Positions 54,701-62,955 of a stretch of 64,000 bases of DNA are shown here, piece by piece. The stretch spans positions 2,656,001-2,720,000 of the forward strand of contig OZ244744.1 in the NCBI GenBank assembly GCA_965219455.1, read 5' to 3'. The notes below the pieces were generated by a model. That model made no database searches and was not told the origin of the DNA. It was given only the letters and a program-made list of their open reading frames with translations. Made by a program: the position numbers and the translations under genes. How positions within the stretch are numbered: position 1 is the first letter of the stretch; every line of letters starts with the position of its first letter. The DNA comes from Candidatus Latescibacterota bacterium (lineage in GTDB: Bacteria; Latescibacterota; UBA2968; GCA-2709665).

Positions 54701-54753
54701 AGAACCGGCAACACCCGCCGGAAAGGCATGGCGACCGACGACAGGCGTGACAT
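51748..54753 (-). CDS. Secreted protein: HExxH peptidase-like domain, TolB/WD40 propeller and Omp85-like barrel
   Basis: Signal peptide (SQA-Q), IVHELTH...WVIEGIA, repeated SPDG/WSADG, VRGY, FADAGNAW and C-terminal LGTSF. Confidence 0.8.
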   Translation of the reverse strand: MSRLSSVAMPFRRVLPVLFALVAICTSPSQAQRVPPDEPWRTLDTEHFRVTFPEHLEDFARRMAGQAEWAYVRLTENFLPGSREPIDILITDHVDVSNGYATPFPSNRIVLFARPPVDSFVLGYFDDWLELLIVHELTHIFHLDRQGRYSLRGLFGRIPFPVFGFPAATMPRWVIEGIATWYESALTGKGRVLGTYHDMVLRTAALEGRFESIGQAGGWSPQWPGGTRVYAYGSLFFEHLMRRYGRDRMAAFVQAVEDQWIPYRLDAAGRKAFGASLSSEWTTWAKAWRDSAAGLDTRLTRFGAISEPERLTHGARYARHPKVSPDGSALVYLRSDGRTDPKLVSTGLDAGGKSTVALIRGNTFAFTPGGNILVDQLEFSGRYREFSDIYRVTQDGAVDRLTTGARLTAPSAGPGDWAVAVAEGEGTNGLARVNSRTGAVETLIHPEAGVYWAYPAVSPDGHWIAATRWTGGKHDVVILDGSGSLVSQVTHDRALDFAPAWSADGRWLVWSSDRTGILNVFAARVDSAKVAPPVMLTNVRTGAAWPSVDPSGQWLYFSGYHVDGWEIERLPFDPAAAPPAPRYMADSTHTAAGVLASEVETTANKPGSRAGGQIRTYSPMRTLLPRYWVPIGSLSFSGAGSSTSPRSKVLGSSVGAFTSGVDLVGRHAYNVGARIFLPSGGYAGGRAAGLLSYGYAGLGNPTLGLLLSQNWNEELVRVREGNGDAPADTTFILERSRLAAVSMALARPRAWSGLSFTLSGGLLQEDREALDSALRPADLSKFDSPHSTLGDVTARFSASTARSHAFQMGRAAGVSFSAWATRRIDFSGEPSDDRSFDAVSGDFRTYVKLPGGGFAAPVMALRASAGAVRGPDSGRGYFKVGGSARRLFPVRGYESTPRSGRRAWSASLEFRVPAVLVNRALRTPLLHFDRAFLTLFADAGNAWGRDNLSQASMPTALLSAGAEFVYDFGILYVPFRFRVGAAYGFTSPKGAVPHLHLGTSF

Positions 54754-54939
54754 GCCGCGGGCGCCATTCCGGACAGTCACCGTCGAATTAGCTGGCGAAT
54801 GTCGATGCCACGACGTCGTTGGGCGTGAAATATGTACCATAGGGATCCGTCTTCAGAATTGACTACCGTGTCCGAACGGGCTTTACATGCGGTGCTCTAC
54901 AGGCCCACAACCCTCCGGAGCCGTGCGCCCGGACAGTGT

Positions 54940-56217
54940 TCAGGGTTCCCCCTTCCCGTTCGCGTCCACTTCCAACGCCTCTTCCCGCGGCCTGGCTTCG
55001 TGGAGCGCGCCGAATCGTCGAAGGCCGGGAACGCCGGCTGCGGTGCCGAGAACCACGAGGACGGTCCCGATTCCGCCGCTGACCACCGAGACGACCGGTC
55101 CCAACCAGTGGGCCACCAGGCCGGATTCCAGGCCGCCCAGTTCATTGGAGGCACCGATGAATACGTAGTTGACGGCCAGCACGCGGCCGCGCATACGGTT
55201 GGTGGTGAGCAACTGGACGAGCGTGTGTCGGACGACCATGCTGACGTTGTCGAAGGCACCGGTGAGGAAAAGCATCGCCAGGGAGAGCCAGAAGGATTGA
55301 GAAAGGCCGAAGACGATGGTGGCCGCGCCGAATCCCGCCACGGCCAGCAGGAGGTTCCGGCCGGCGCGCCGCATCGGAGGCAGGTAGGCCAGGAGGATCG
55401 CCATGCAGAAGGCGCCGACACCCGGGGCGGCGCGAAGCCAGCCGAAGCCCTGGGGGCCGACGTGGAGAATATCCTCCGCATATATGGGCAGCAGGTAGAC
55501 GGCGCCGCCCAGCAGTACGGCGAACATATCCAGGGCCATCAGGGAAAAGATCAGGCGGGTGCGCCAGACATAGCGGATGCCCGCCAGCAGGGTCGTGATC
55601 GAAGCCGGTACCGCACTTTCAGGCTCTGCACGGAAGGTCACCCGCGTGAGCAGAACGACGAAAACGAGGGTACTCGTCGCACTGAGCGCGTAGGCGGTGG
55701 GAACGTTGAACATTACCACAAAGCCGCCCAGGGCCGGGCCGACCACCGAGGCCATCTGCATGAGGCTGCTGTTCCATGTTACGGCGATCGGGAAAATGTC
55801 GCGCGGGACGAGCAGGGGCACAAGGGCGGTTCTGGCCGGGCGGCCCAGACACGTGGCCGTGGCATCCAGCGCCAGCAACGCGTACATCAGGAGAATCGGC
55901 CCCTTCGCAACGGAGAGCGCGAGGAGCGCCAGCGAAGTCAGGGTTGTGCCCAGCATGCTGAAGATGACCACCCTGCGGCGGTCGAATCTGTCCGCCAGGT
56001 AGCCTGCGGGCAGGGCGAGTATGATGGTGGGCAGGGCCTGGGCGAGCCCGACCAGGCCCAGGGAGAGCGCCTGGCCGGTGCGCTGGTAAATGTCCCAGCC
56101 GATAGCGATGCCCTGGACCTGGTTGCCTACGATGGCAAAAAACCAGCCCAGAATGTACCGCCGGTAGCTTTGAATGCGGAAGGCCGCGTAGGGATCGTGC
56201 TTCCTGGATGCGGGGAT
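54940..56217 (-). CDS. MFS transporter, probably starting at a non-canonical ATC
   Basis: The frame is open from the channel stop to 54940. TM1-2 and GYLADRFDRR lie upstream of the first GTG (55971); GGAGG lies 8 nt before ATC at 56217. Confidence 0.85.
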   Translation of the reverse strand: MPASRKHDPYAAFRIQSYRRYILGWFFAIVGNQVQGIAIGWDIYQRTGQALSLGLVGLAQALPTIILALPAGYLADRFDRRRVVIFSMLGTTLTSLALLALSVAKGPILLMYALLALDATATCLGRPARTALVPLLVPRDIFPIAVTWNSSLMQMASVVGPALGGFVVMFNVPTAYALSATSTLVFVVLLTRVTFRAEPESAVPASITTLLAGIRYVWRTRLIFSLMALDMFAVLLGGAVYLLPIYAEDILHVGPQGFGWLRAAPGVGAFCMAILLAYLPPMRRAGRNLLLAVAGFGAATIVFGLSQSFWLSLAMLFLTGAFDNVSMVVRHTLVQLLTTNRMRGRVLAVNYVFIGASNELGGLESGLVAHWLGPVVSVVSGGIGTVLVVLGTAAGVPGLRRFGALHEARPREEALEVDANGKGEP

Positions 56218-56220
56218 TGG

Positions 56221-57585
56221 CTATTCCTCCCGGCCCGTGACAGCGTCCCTGATCTCGCGGACGCTTCCTTCCAGCCGGTCCAGGCGGCAGTTGGTGGTCT
56301 CCAGGTCTTCGTGGATTTTCGTTGCGATTCCGATCTGCTCTTCAAGCTCTTCCGCGCTTAAGGAGTCTTTGTCCTTGACGAGGATGCTCGTCAGTGTGGC
56401 GGTGAATACGCCCACCAGAACCATTCCGGTTATCACCAGAAAAACCGTGAGGATTCTGCCGGAAGCAGTCTCCGGGTTGTGGATGTCGGCGTAACCACCG
56501 GTGACAAGCGTGGTGAAGCTCCACCAGAGGCTTTCCCAGAACCCGGAACCGGACTCCATGTGCTCCAGGCCCATAAAAACGCAGGCGCCGAACACGAGCG
56601 ATAACAGGCCGTAAAGAAGGGACCTTTTGAGGAGCCGAACGTCCAGCGTGGTACTGAGGTGTTCCATACCCCGCCAGAAGAACAGTCCGATGCGCATTAA
56701 CCGCAACGCCCGCAAAATTCGCACGGCCCGGAGCAGACGCCCCAGGCGTACGACGCCGATGTCGCCGGAGACTGCGATAACCTGCACGGGGGGAAGCGGA
56801 ATGGAAGTGATGAAGTCGATCCAGTTGTTCTTCCAATACCACTTCTTGGAAGCGGCAAGCCTGCATTCGAAGACGAAGTTGGCCATGAAAATGGTGCAGC
56901 ATACCACGTCTATGATCCAGAAGATCCACAACGTGCCCACGGAGAAGTGGGGGTGGACCTCAACAACGGGGTTCTTGTATTTTTCCCCGCCGTCGACGAC
57001 GTCCACCCCTGTCAAATTTCCTCCGGTCAGGTGCCCGGAAACGAGTGCGCCGGACCCGGCCGGATCCACGATATAAATGTTCACGCGCACATACCCGGCG
57101 CCCGCTTTCGTAATGACAATATTGTGGATCTTTCCTTTTTTCACCTCCGCATTTGCAACCGCGCCGCCTCCGCTGGCGCCGATGCCGAGCAGGTCCATGA
57201 CAAGGATCGAGATCAGAAACAGAATGAGAAGGAAGATGATGATGTCTTTGACCTTCACGCGCCAGGGGCTACCCAGTTTTTCGGCCTGCCTATCCATCAG
57301 ATGTTTCTTCTGGAAGGCCTGTTCAATGATCCGGGCCTTGTCCTCCAGTTCCTGTTTTTCCTCGTTTAGCGTCGAAATCCGCGAATCGGCCGTATCCAGG
57401 TTCAGTTCGTATTGGCCGTGCCTCTTGCTCAGGCCCACCGTGTCCGTTGTTTTGGCCATGCGGTTGATTTTTTCTTCTTCTGCGTCCAACCGGCGGGCAA
57501 TCTTTTCGATCTCCCCCGTGACCAGGTCTCTCATCCTCCTGATGCGGTCCAGGGAACACGATTCAATTCGCTTTAGATTTGACAT
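56221..57585 (-). CDS. 6TM voltage-gated-type ion channel with coiled coils and an inserted beta-rich domain
   Basis: NWIDFITSIP (S3), RLGRLLRAVRILRALRLMR (S4) and WWSFTTLVTGGYADIHNPET (pore). Confidence 0.85.
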   Translation of the reverse strand: MSNLKRIESCSLDRIRRMRDLVTGEIEKIARRLDAEEEKINRMAKTTDTVGLSKRHGQYELNLDTADSRISTLNEEKQELEDKARIIEQAFQKKHLMDRQAEKLGSPWRVKVKDIIIFLLILFLISILVMDLLGIGASGGGAVANAEVKKGKIHNIVITKAGAGYVRVNIYIVDPAGSGALVSGHLTGGNLTGVDVVDGGEKYKNPVVEVHPHFSVGTLWIFWIIDVVCCTIFMANFVFECRLAASKKWYWKNNWIDFITSIPLPPVQVIAVSGDIGVVRLGRLLRAVRILRALRLMRIGLFFWRGMEHLSTTLDVRLLKRSLLYGLLSLVFGACVFMGLEHMESGSGFWESLWWSFTTLVTGGYADIHNPETASGRILTVFLVITGMVLVGVFTATLTSILVKDKDSLSAEELEEQIGIATKIHEDLETTNCRLDRLEGSVREIRDAVTGREE

Positions 57586-57624
57586 CGCGACGCTTGCAAT
57601 CTCCGGTTCGGGTTATCTCAAAAA

Positions 57625-57830
57625 GAGAAAAATCACGTGCTGGATATACCGCTTCTTCTGGATTTCTCGATGACGGCCAAATGCATATTCCATTCAGGTT
57701 CCCGCGCGGGCCCTTCCATCGCGTCGCAGGCGCGAAAGAACGCCTCGAGGTCCGCCGGTAACTCGAAGGGCTGGGACCGCTGCTGTTCCTCGAGCCGCTG
57801 GCTGGCGGCGGTTCTAATCCACGCGCTCAA
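57625..57830 (-). pseudogene. Possible truncated antitoxin-like ORF
   Basis: 65 aa ORF beginning (L)SAWIRTAA, like the last RHH helix, overlapping the hsdR stop. Its stop overlaps GTG ATT TTC, like the start of a lost coupled gene. Confidence 0.35.
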
Positions 57831-60800
57831 CGATTTGAACCGGCAAACCAGGAACGGATGTATACCCTGGTGTCGTCTGACGAGAGCTTAACGGTTCCCG
57901 GACCGCTGCGCACGAAAAAGTCACCTCCGTTTTCCTTCTCAAGTCCCTTCCAGGAGAGGAACACCGGTTCCGGGCTCCGCTGGCAGCTCAGCACGCATAC
58001 CGCCTTGCCGTCGACGATCTGAACTCCGGGATCGATGCATGTGCCGGCGCGGTCGCCGAGCCCGTTGCGCACGACCTGTGCGAGATGCAGCATGAATTTG
58101 TCTTCGGTATCTAGCCGGTCGCGATCTATTCCAACGACGGCGCCGTCGTCGGTGACGCCTATCAGAAGGTCTCCGCCCTCCGTGTTCAGGAATGCGGCGA
58201 TCGTCTTGAGCGCCGAATGGGTGACGCGTTTGTCGTCCTTGCGGTCTTCATTCAGGTTCCAGCGCAACGTCGATTTAAATTCCAGGGTTTTCGACTCGCC
58301 CTGTTTGATGAGGTCCTCCGCGCTACGGTTCGTGCGCAAGAATTGGTCGAAGAGGACGTCTTTGATGACGTTTCCAAAAGCGCGGTCGTCGGTGATCCGT
58401 TTGTATAGATCGAAATTGGAATCCACAATACCCTGGATGGTCTCTTCAACCTTGTGGTCGAAGGTCAATCGCACATTTTCGCGCGTATTCACCCGCGCCG
58501 CGGCGCCGAGTGCAGCGTCTTCAGAAAGTCTGTCCATCATCTGGCCGAGGGTGGCGCGGTGCTCCTGCCCGAGTTCGACCCCGAAGCGCTCGTTCAATTC
58601 GGCGATGATCCGCGAAAGGGTCTCCATGTCTTCCGGCTGTAGCAAGTATGTGTCCTTTGTGCCGACGGGCTCGAGCTTCGTCGTCCCTCGCTCCAGGTTT
58701 ATTTTGCCTTTGCGGGTTTCCTGAATCCGATACGACTCCATGTCGATATTCTGCTGAACTTCGAGCGGCAACTCGGCCCGGTCCATTGGCAACAGGCGGC
58801 GTAAGTGTCGCGAGAAGACGTACAGCTTCTCCAGATCGACGTCGGCGAACGGAAGGATTTGTGCGAGAAACGCGTAAAGCCGCACGTAGTCGACAAGTTG
58901 GCCCCGGAATTCCTGCTGTTCACATTCTTCTAACGTCTGAAATCGGTGGACCACGGGATTGAGCGCGGCATGAAGCTGGTCCTGTGTGGCGGCCTTGTCG
59001 AAAAAAATCCTTGCGAATTCATCCACATCGGACTGATCGTATACCGGGAAGTCGGACAGACGCATCTGGATCTCGTAGAGCAGGTTGGGATCGGTCGCCT
59101 CCGACAGCAGTGTTGTTTCGAAATAAGGTTCGAAGGCCTCCTTGATGTCGTCGGCATCGTTGGCGAAATCGAGTACCATCGTGCCGTCTTTTCCTGGTTC
59201 TGTACGGTTAATCCGTGAGAGTGTCTGCACCGCGTTCACGCCTCCGAGTTTTTTGTCGACGTACATCGCGTGCAACAGCGGCTGGTCGAAACCGGTCTGG
59301 AATTTATTCGCACATATCAGGAATCGATATTCCGATCCTTTGAATGTGTTTGCGGTCTGCACCTCGGAAACGCCGTTCATGCCGGGCTCGGTATAGGACT
59401 TGCCGCCATCCTCGACGGTGCCCGAGAACGCAACCAGCGCTTTGAACGCGTGCCCCTGTTCGGCGAGGTATTTGTCCACCGCTAGCTTGAAGCGAACGGC
59501 GTGCAGTCGCGAGCGGGTGACGATCATTGCCTTTGCCTTCCCGTCGATCTGGGTGTGCACCTGCTCGACAAAGTGGCAGACCATGATGCGTACCTTCTCG
59601 TCAATCGCGTGCGGGTGAAGTTCAACGTACGATTTGAGCAGGAAGGTAGCCTTGCGTTTGTCATAGCGCGGGTCGTCCTCCACCTTCTTCAATAGCCGCC
59701 AATAGGCTTTGTAGGTCGTATAGTTCTCCAGGACGTCTAGGATGAACCCCTCCTCGATGGCCTGCCGCATGCTGTAGAGGTGAAACGGTTCGAACGATTC
59801 GTCCGTGCGGCGGGTGCCAAAAAGCTCCAGCGTCTTGGGCTTGGGGGTCGCGGTAAAGGCGAAAGTCGAGAGATTGGGCAGGCGCCCGCGCTTCTCCACC
59901 TCCGCCAGGATCGTGTTTTCGAGTTCCTCTTCTGGCGTCTCGGCCCCGGCTTCCTCGTCCTCCGCCTCTTCGAGAGACCCCGTCGCCAACACCGCCTTGA
60001 GGCTCTTGGTGCTCTCGCCGGATTGGGACGAGTGCGCTTCGTCGACGATCAAGGCGAAGCGCTTGCCCGGCAACTGGCCGATTTCCTCGGCGATCACCGG
60101 AAATTTCTGCAGCGTGGTGACGATGATTGTCTTGCCGGCTTCGAGCGCCTCTTTGAGTTGGCGCGAGGTGGTGTCGATATTTTCCACAACGCCCAGGGTC
60201 TGCTCGAACTGGCGCATGGCGCCCTGGAGTGCGCGATCGAGAATGCGCCGGTCCGTGATAACTACGATCGAATCGAAAACACGGCGGTCTTCTATGTCGT
60301 GCAGCGTGGATAACTGGTGGGCGAGCCAGGCGATGGTGAACGTCTTACCGCTTCCGGCGGAGTGCTGGATGAGATAGCGCTGCCCCGCGCCGGTCTTACG
60401 GGCATCCGATATGAGCTTTCGCACGCAATCGAGTTGCTGGTAGCGCGGGAAGACCAGCGATTTCCTGCCGGTCTTGCGGCCGTTCTCGTCTTCCTCCTCG
60501 ACTTCGTGGACAAACTGGCGCACCAAATCAAGCACACTGTCCCGCGACCATGTATCCTCCCAGAGATACGAAGTGGCATAGCCGGATTGCGTAGGCGGCA
60601 CCGGCGGGTTTCCCGCGCCGCGGTTGTTGCCCTGGTTGAACGGAAGGAAGCGCGTTTTGGGACCGGCGAGACGTGTGGTAACGTAGACCAGATCCGGATC
60701 AACCGCGAAATGCGCCAGGCATCGGCCAAAGCCGAACAGCGGCTCACGCGGATCGCGGTCTGTCTTATACTGGCGGATCGCGTCCTCCACGGTCTGGCCG

Positions 60801-61354
60801 CTGAGCAGGTTCTTGAGTTCAGCGGTGAAAATGGGAATGCCGTTCAGAAACAGAACCAGATCGAGGCTCTTCTCGTTCTTCGTGCTATAGCGGATCTGAC
60901 GCCCGACGGCAAAGAAGTTGGCCATATACAGCCGGCGCGTCTCCTCGTTGAGCCCGCTGGCCGGCCGGAAATAGGCCAAACGGAACGTACAGCCCATATC
61001 CTTGATCCCGTTCCGCAGCACGTGGAGGACGCCCCGGCGTTCGATTTCCGATGATAGGCGCCTGAGAAAGCGTTCTCTGACCTCGGCGCCGTAATGCTGG
61101 GACAGCTTCCGCCACTCCTTCGGCTGCGTCGCTATAATGAAATCCAGAACATCTCTAGGCAGAAGGCAGAGCGCTCGGTCGTAGTCTTCCGGTTTGCGTT
61201 TGAAATAACCGCCGGGTTCCATCCCCTGGCCGCCTATGGGCAAGCCGCCTTCACGCACACCGGTCGGAAGACCCCCCGACTCATCCTTGCCATGGCCAAG
61301 CAAAGCCGCCTCGATGGCGTCTTCGAAGGCTTTTTCAGATACAACCGGACTCAT
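57827..61354 (-). CDS. hsdR: Type I restriction subunit R with C-terminal AlbA_2 (Schlafen-like) domain
   Basis: DLVLFLNGIPIFTAELKN (nuclease), QHSAGSGKT, DEAH and FTATP; tail GESKTLEFKS...IAAFLNTEGGDLLIGVTDDG...FFVRSG. Confidence 0.92.
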   Translation of the reverse strand: MSPVVSEKAFEDAIEAALLGHGKDESGGLPTGVREGGLPIGGQGMEPGGYFKRKPEDYDRALCLLPRDVLDFIIATQPKEWRKLSQHYGAEVRERFLRRLSSEIERRGVLHVLRNGIKDMGCTFRLAYFRPASGLNEETRRLYMANFFAVGRQIRYSTKNEKSLDLVLFLNGIPIFTAELKNLLSGQTVEDAIRQYKTDRDPREPLFGFGRCLAHFAVDPDLVYVTTRLAGPKTRFLPFNQGNNRGAGNPPVPPTQSGYATSYLWEDTWSRDSVLDLVRQFVHEVEEEDENGRKTGRKSLVFPRYQQLDCVRKLISDARKTGAGQRYLIQHSAGSGKTFTIAWLAHQLSTLHDIEDRRVFDSIVVITDRRILDRALQGAMRQFEQTLGVVENIDTTSRQLKEALEAGKTIIVTTLQKFPVIAEEIGQLPGKRFALIVDEAHSSQSGESTKSLKAVLATGSLEEAEDEEAGAETPEEELENTILAEVEKRGRLPNLSTFAFTATPKPKTLELFGTRRTDESFEPFHLYSMRQAIEEGFILDVLENYTTYKAYWRLLKKVEDDPRYDKRKATFLLKSYVELHPHAIDEKVRIMVCHFVEQVHTQIDGKAKAMIVTRSRLHAVRFKLAVDKYLAEQGHAFKALVAFSGTVEDGGKSYTEPGMNGVSEVQTANTFKGSEYRFLICANKFQTGFDQPLLHAMYVDKKLGGVNAVQTLSRINRTEPGKDGTMVLDFANDADDIKEAFEPYFETTLLSEATDPNLLYEIQMRLSDFPVYDQSDVDEFARIFFDKAATQDQLHAALNPVVHRFQTLEECEQQEFRGQLVDYVRLYAFLAQILPFADVDLEKLYVFSRHLRRLLPMDRAELPLEVQQNIDMESYRIQETRKGKINLERGTTKLEPVGTKDTYLLQPEDMETLSRIIAELNERFGVELGQEHRATLGQMMDRLSEDAALGAAARVNTRENVRLTFDHKVEETIQGIVDSNFDLYKRITDDRAFGNVIKDVLFDQFLRTNRSAEDLIKQGESKTLEFKSTLRWNLNEDRKDDKRVTHSALKTIAAFLNTEGGDLLIGVTDDGAVVGIDRDRLDTEDKFMLHLAQVVRNGLGDRAGTCIDPGVQIVDGKAVCVLSCQRSPEPVFLSWKGLEKENGGDFFVRSGPGTVKLSSDDTRVYIRSWFAGSNR

Positions 61355-62550
61355 GTTTGTGCTCTCGCGGTCGTGTTGGTTCCTGCTTCATCTGCATTTT
61401 CGATATAAGGCGCATCAAGCACCTGAAGCACTGCGTCCGCACAATATACACGATTTCGCTTTGCATCGCCAACCGGTGTAACAATACCAGCCGATTCCAA
61501 CCGGTCGACGGCGCGACGAGCAGTTGTATAGGCGACCCCCAGCTTCGATGCGAGCGCGGGCACGTTCCAAAACGGGAATTCAACGAATAATTGCAACACC
61601 TTTTCTAAATTCGTCGATCTGGCGCCAGCGAATTGCTCCGACCAGAGATGATACAATTCGTCGATTCGGCGGATCCGGTTTATCGCGTCCTCAGCCTGCT
61701 CGCAAACACCACGCAGAAAGTACACCAGCCACGCCTCCCACGCTCCTTCCTGCGTCACCGCAAGCAGGTGTGCGTAGTACTCCTGGCGCGTGGATTCGAA
61801 ATATGCACTTAGGTAAAGCAGCGGTGCGGGCAGTACGCCTCGTGCAACGAAAAGCAGCAGAATGAGCAGTCGGCCGACACGACCATTTCCATCCAGGAAG
61901 GGATGGATGGCCTCGAACTGCGCGTGAATGAGTGCCGCGTGCACGAGAGGCGGAAATGTCTCATCGTGCAGAAAGCGCTCGCAAGCAGCCAGACATCCCA
62001 TCATTTCATCCGGTGGCGGCGGAACGTAAGTGGCATTGTTCAACACGCTTCCGGGTGCGCCGATCCAGTTCTGGCGGCGGCGGAACTCCCCGGGCATCGC
62101 GTGGTCGCCTCGCGCGCCTTGCATCAGCCGCTCGTGCAGTTCGCGAACCAGACGCAACGAAAGCGGAAGGGTTTCCAGACGATCGATACCGTAGTCTAAC
62201 GCCACAATATAGTTTGCCACCTCTTCCAATTCCTCTGCGCTTCGCTCGACTCTCGCTCCGGCATTTGCCGCAAGCAATTCACCCAGGGAAACTTGTGTCC
62301 CCTCGATGCGGCTGGAGAGTTCCGCTTCCTTGTAAAGGAACGCCCTGATCAAGAGATGCGGAACGGGCATCAGCCTGCCTTCGGCCGCCAGCCGGCCCGT
62401 CGCATGTGCGGCACGTGAAAGCGCGAGGATCAGCTCGCCATCCCAGACTATCTCGGGCGGAAGCGGTGCCGGTACATATGCGCTATAGTCACCAGGACAT
62501 CGAACTGTGCGCCCGTGGGGCCGACGTTGACCATTGTTTCCGGATGTCAC
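61351..62550 (-). CDS. Fic family protein with C-terminal HTH
   Basis: EAELSSRIEG and the intact motif HPFLDGNGRVGR; ATGA overlap with the hsdR start. Confidence 0.93.
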   Translation of the reverse strand: MTSGNNGQRRPHGRTVRCPGDYSAYVPAPLPPEIVWDGELILALSRAAHATGRLAAEGRLMPVPHLLIRAFLYKEAELSSRIEGTQVSLGELLAANAGARVERSAEELEEVANYIVALDYGIDRLETLPLSLRLVRELHERLMQGARGDHAMPGEFRRRQNWIGAPGSVLNNATYVPPPPDEMMGCLAACERFLHDETFPPLVHAALIHAQFEAIHPFLDGNGRVGRLLILLLFVARGVLPAPLLYLSAYFESTRQEYYAHLLAVTQEGAWEAWLVYFLRGVCEQAEDAINRIRRIDELYHLWSEQFAGARSTNLEKVLQLFVEFPFWNVPALASKLGVAYTTARRAVDRLESAGIVTPVGDAKRNRVYCADAVLQVLDAPYIENADEAGTNTTARAQT

Positions 62551-62838
62551 AAATTTCCCTTGTAATCGGATGCGAATTTAAGAACGCCATTATTATCGAA
62601 ACCACTTCAATTCGCTAATAATATAATGCAAGTGGTTCAGAAAGGAAAGGACTGCCTCATTTTCTGCCGTTCAATGCCCGAAGAGTTGCAGAAGTCGATT
62701 GCGTCGTGGAAATTTCTTGGGCGCATGTATATTTCGACATCGAACACACAACTCCTGTAAACACCCACACAGAGCATCTGTTGATACGCTCACAGCAATA
62801 AGGGTAATATATGGAAAACCTAACGGATATATCAAAAG

Positions 62839-62867
62839 TTGACAAATGGCGTTAGATTATCTATCTT
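62839..62867 (+). promoter_or_regulatory. sigma70-type promoter for the XRE-ImmA gene
   Basis: TTGACA-17 nt-TATCTT. Confidence 0.6.
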
Positions 62868-62955
62868 TCAAAATAGGATTATGTCTTCCGATGACGATCG
62901 CCGATTTTGCTCAGGAAAATTTGGCGCGAATCTCCGGCATGATCTTAGGGGCGAG

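Noticed and set aside
56221-56223. Pyrrolysine or genome-wide amber recoding to explain the in-frame TAG
   Set aside because: Other genes here (hom, rpmH, recF, gyrA) end at TAG at expected lengths, and no pyl genes are in the window.
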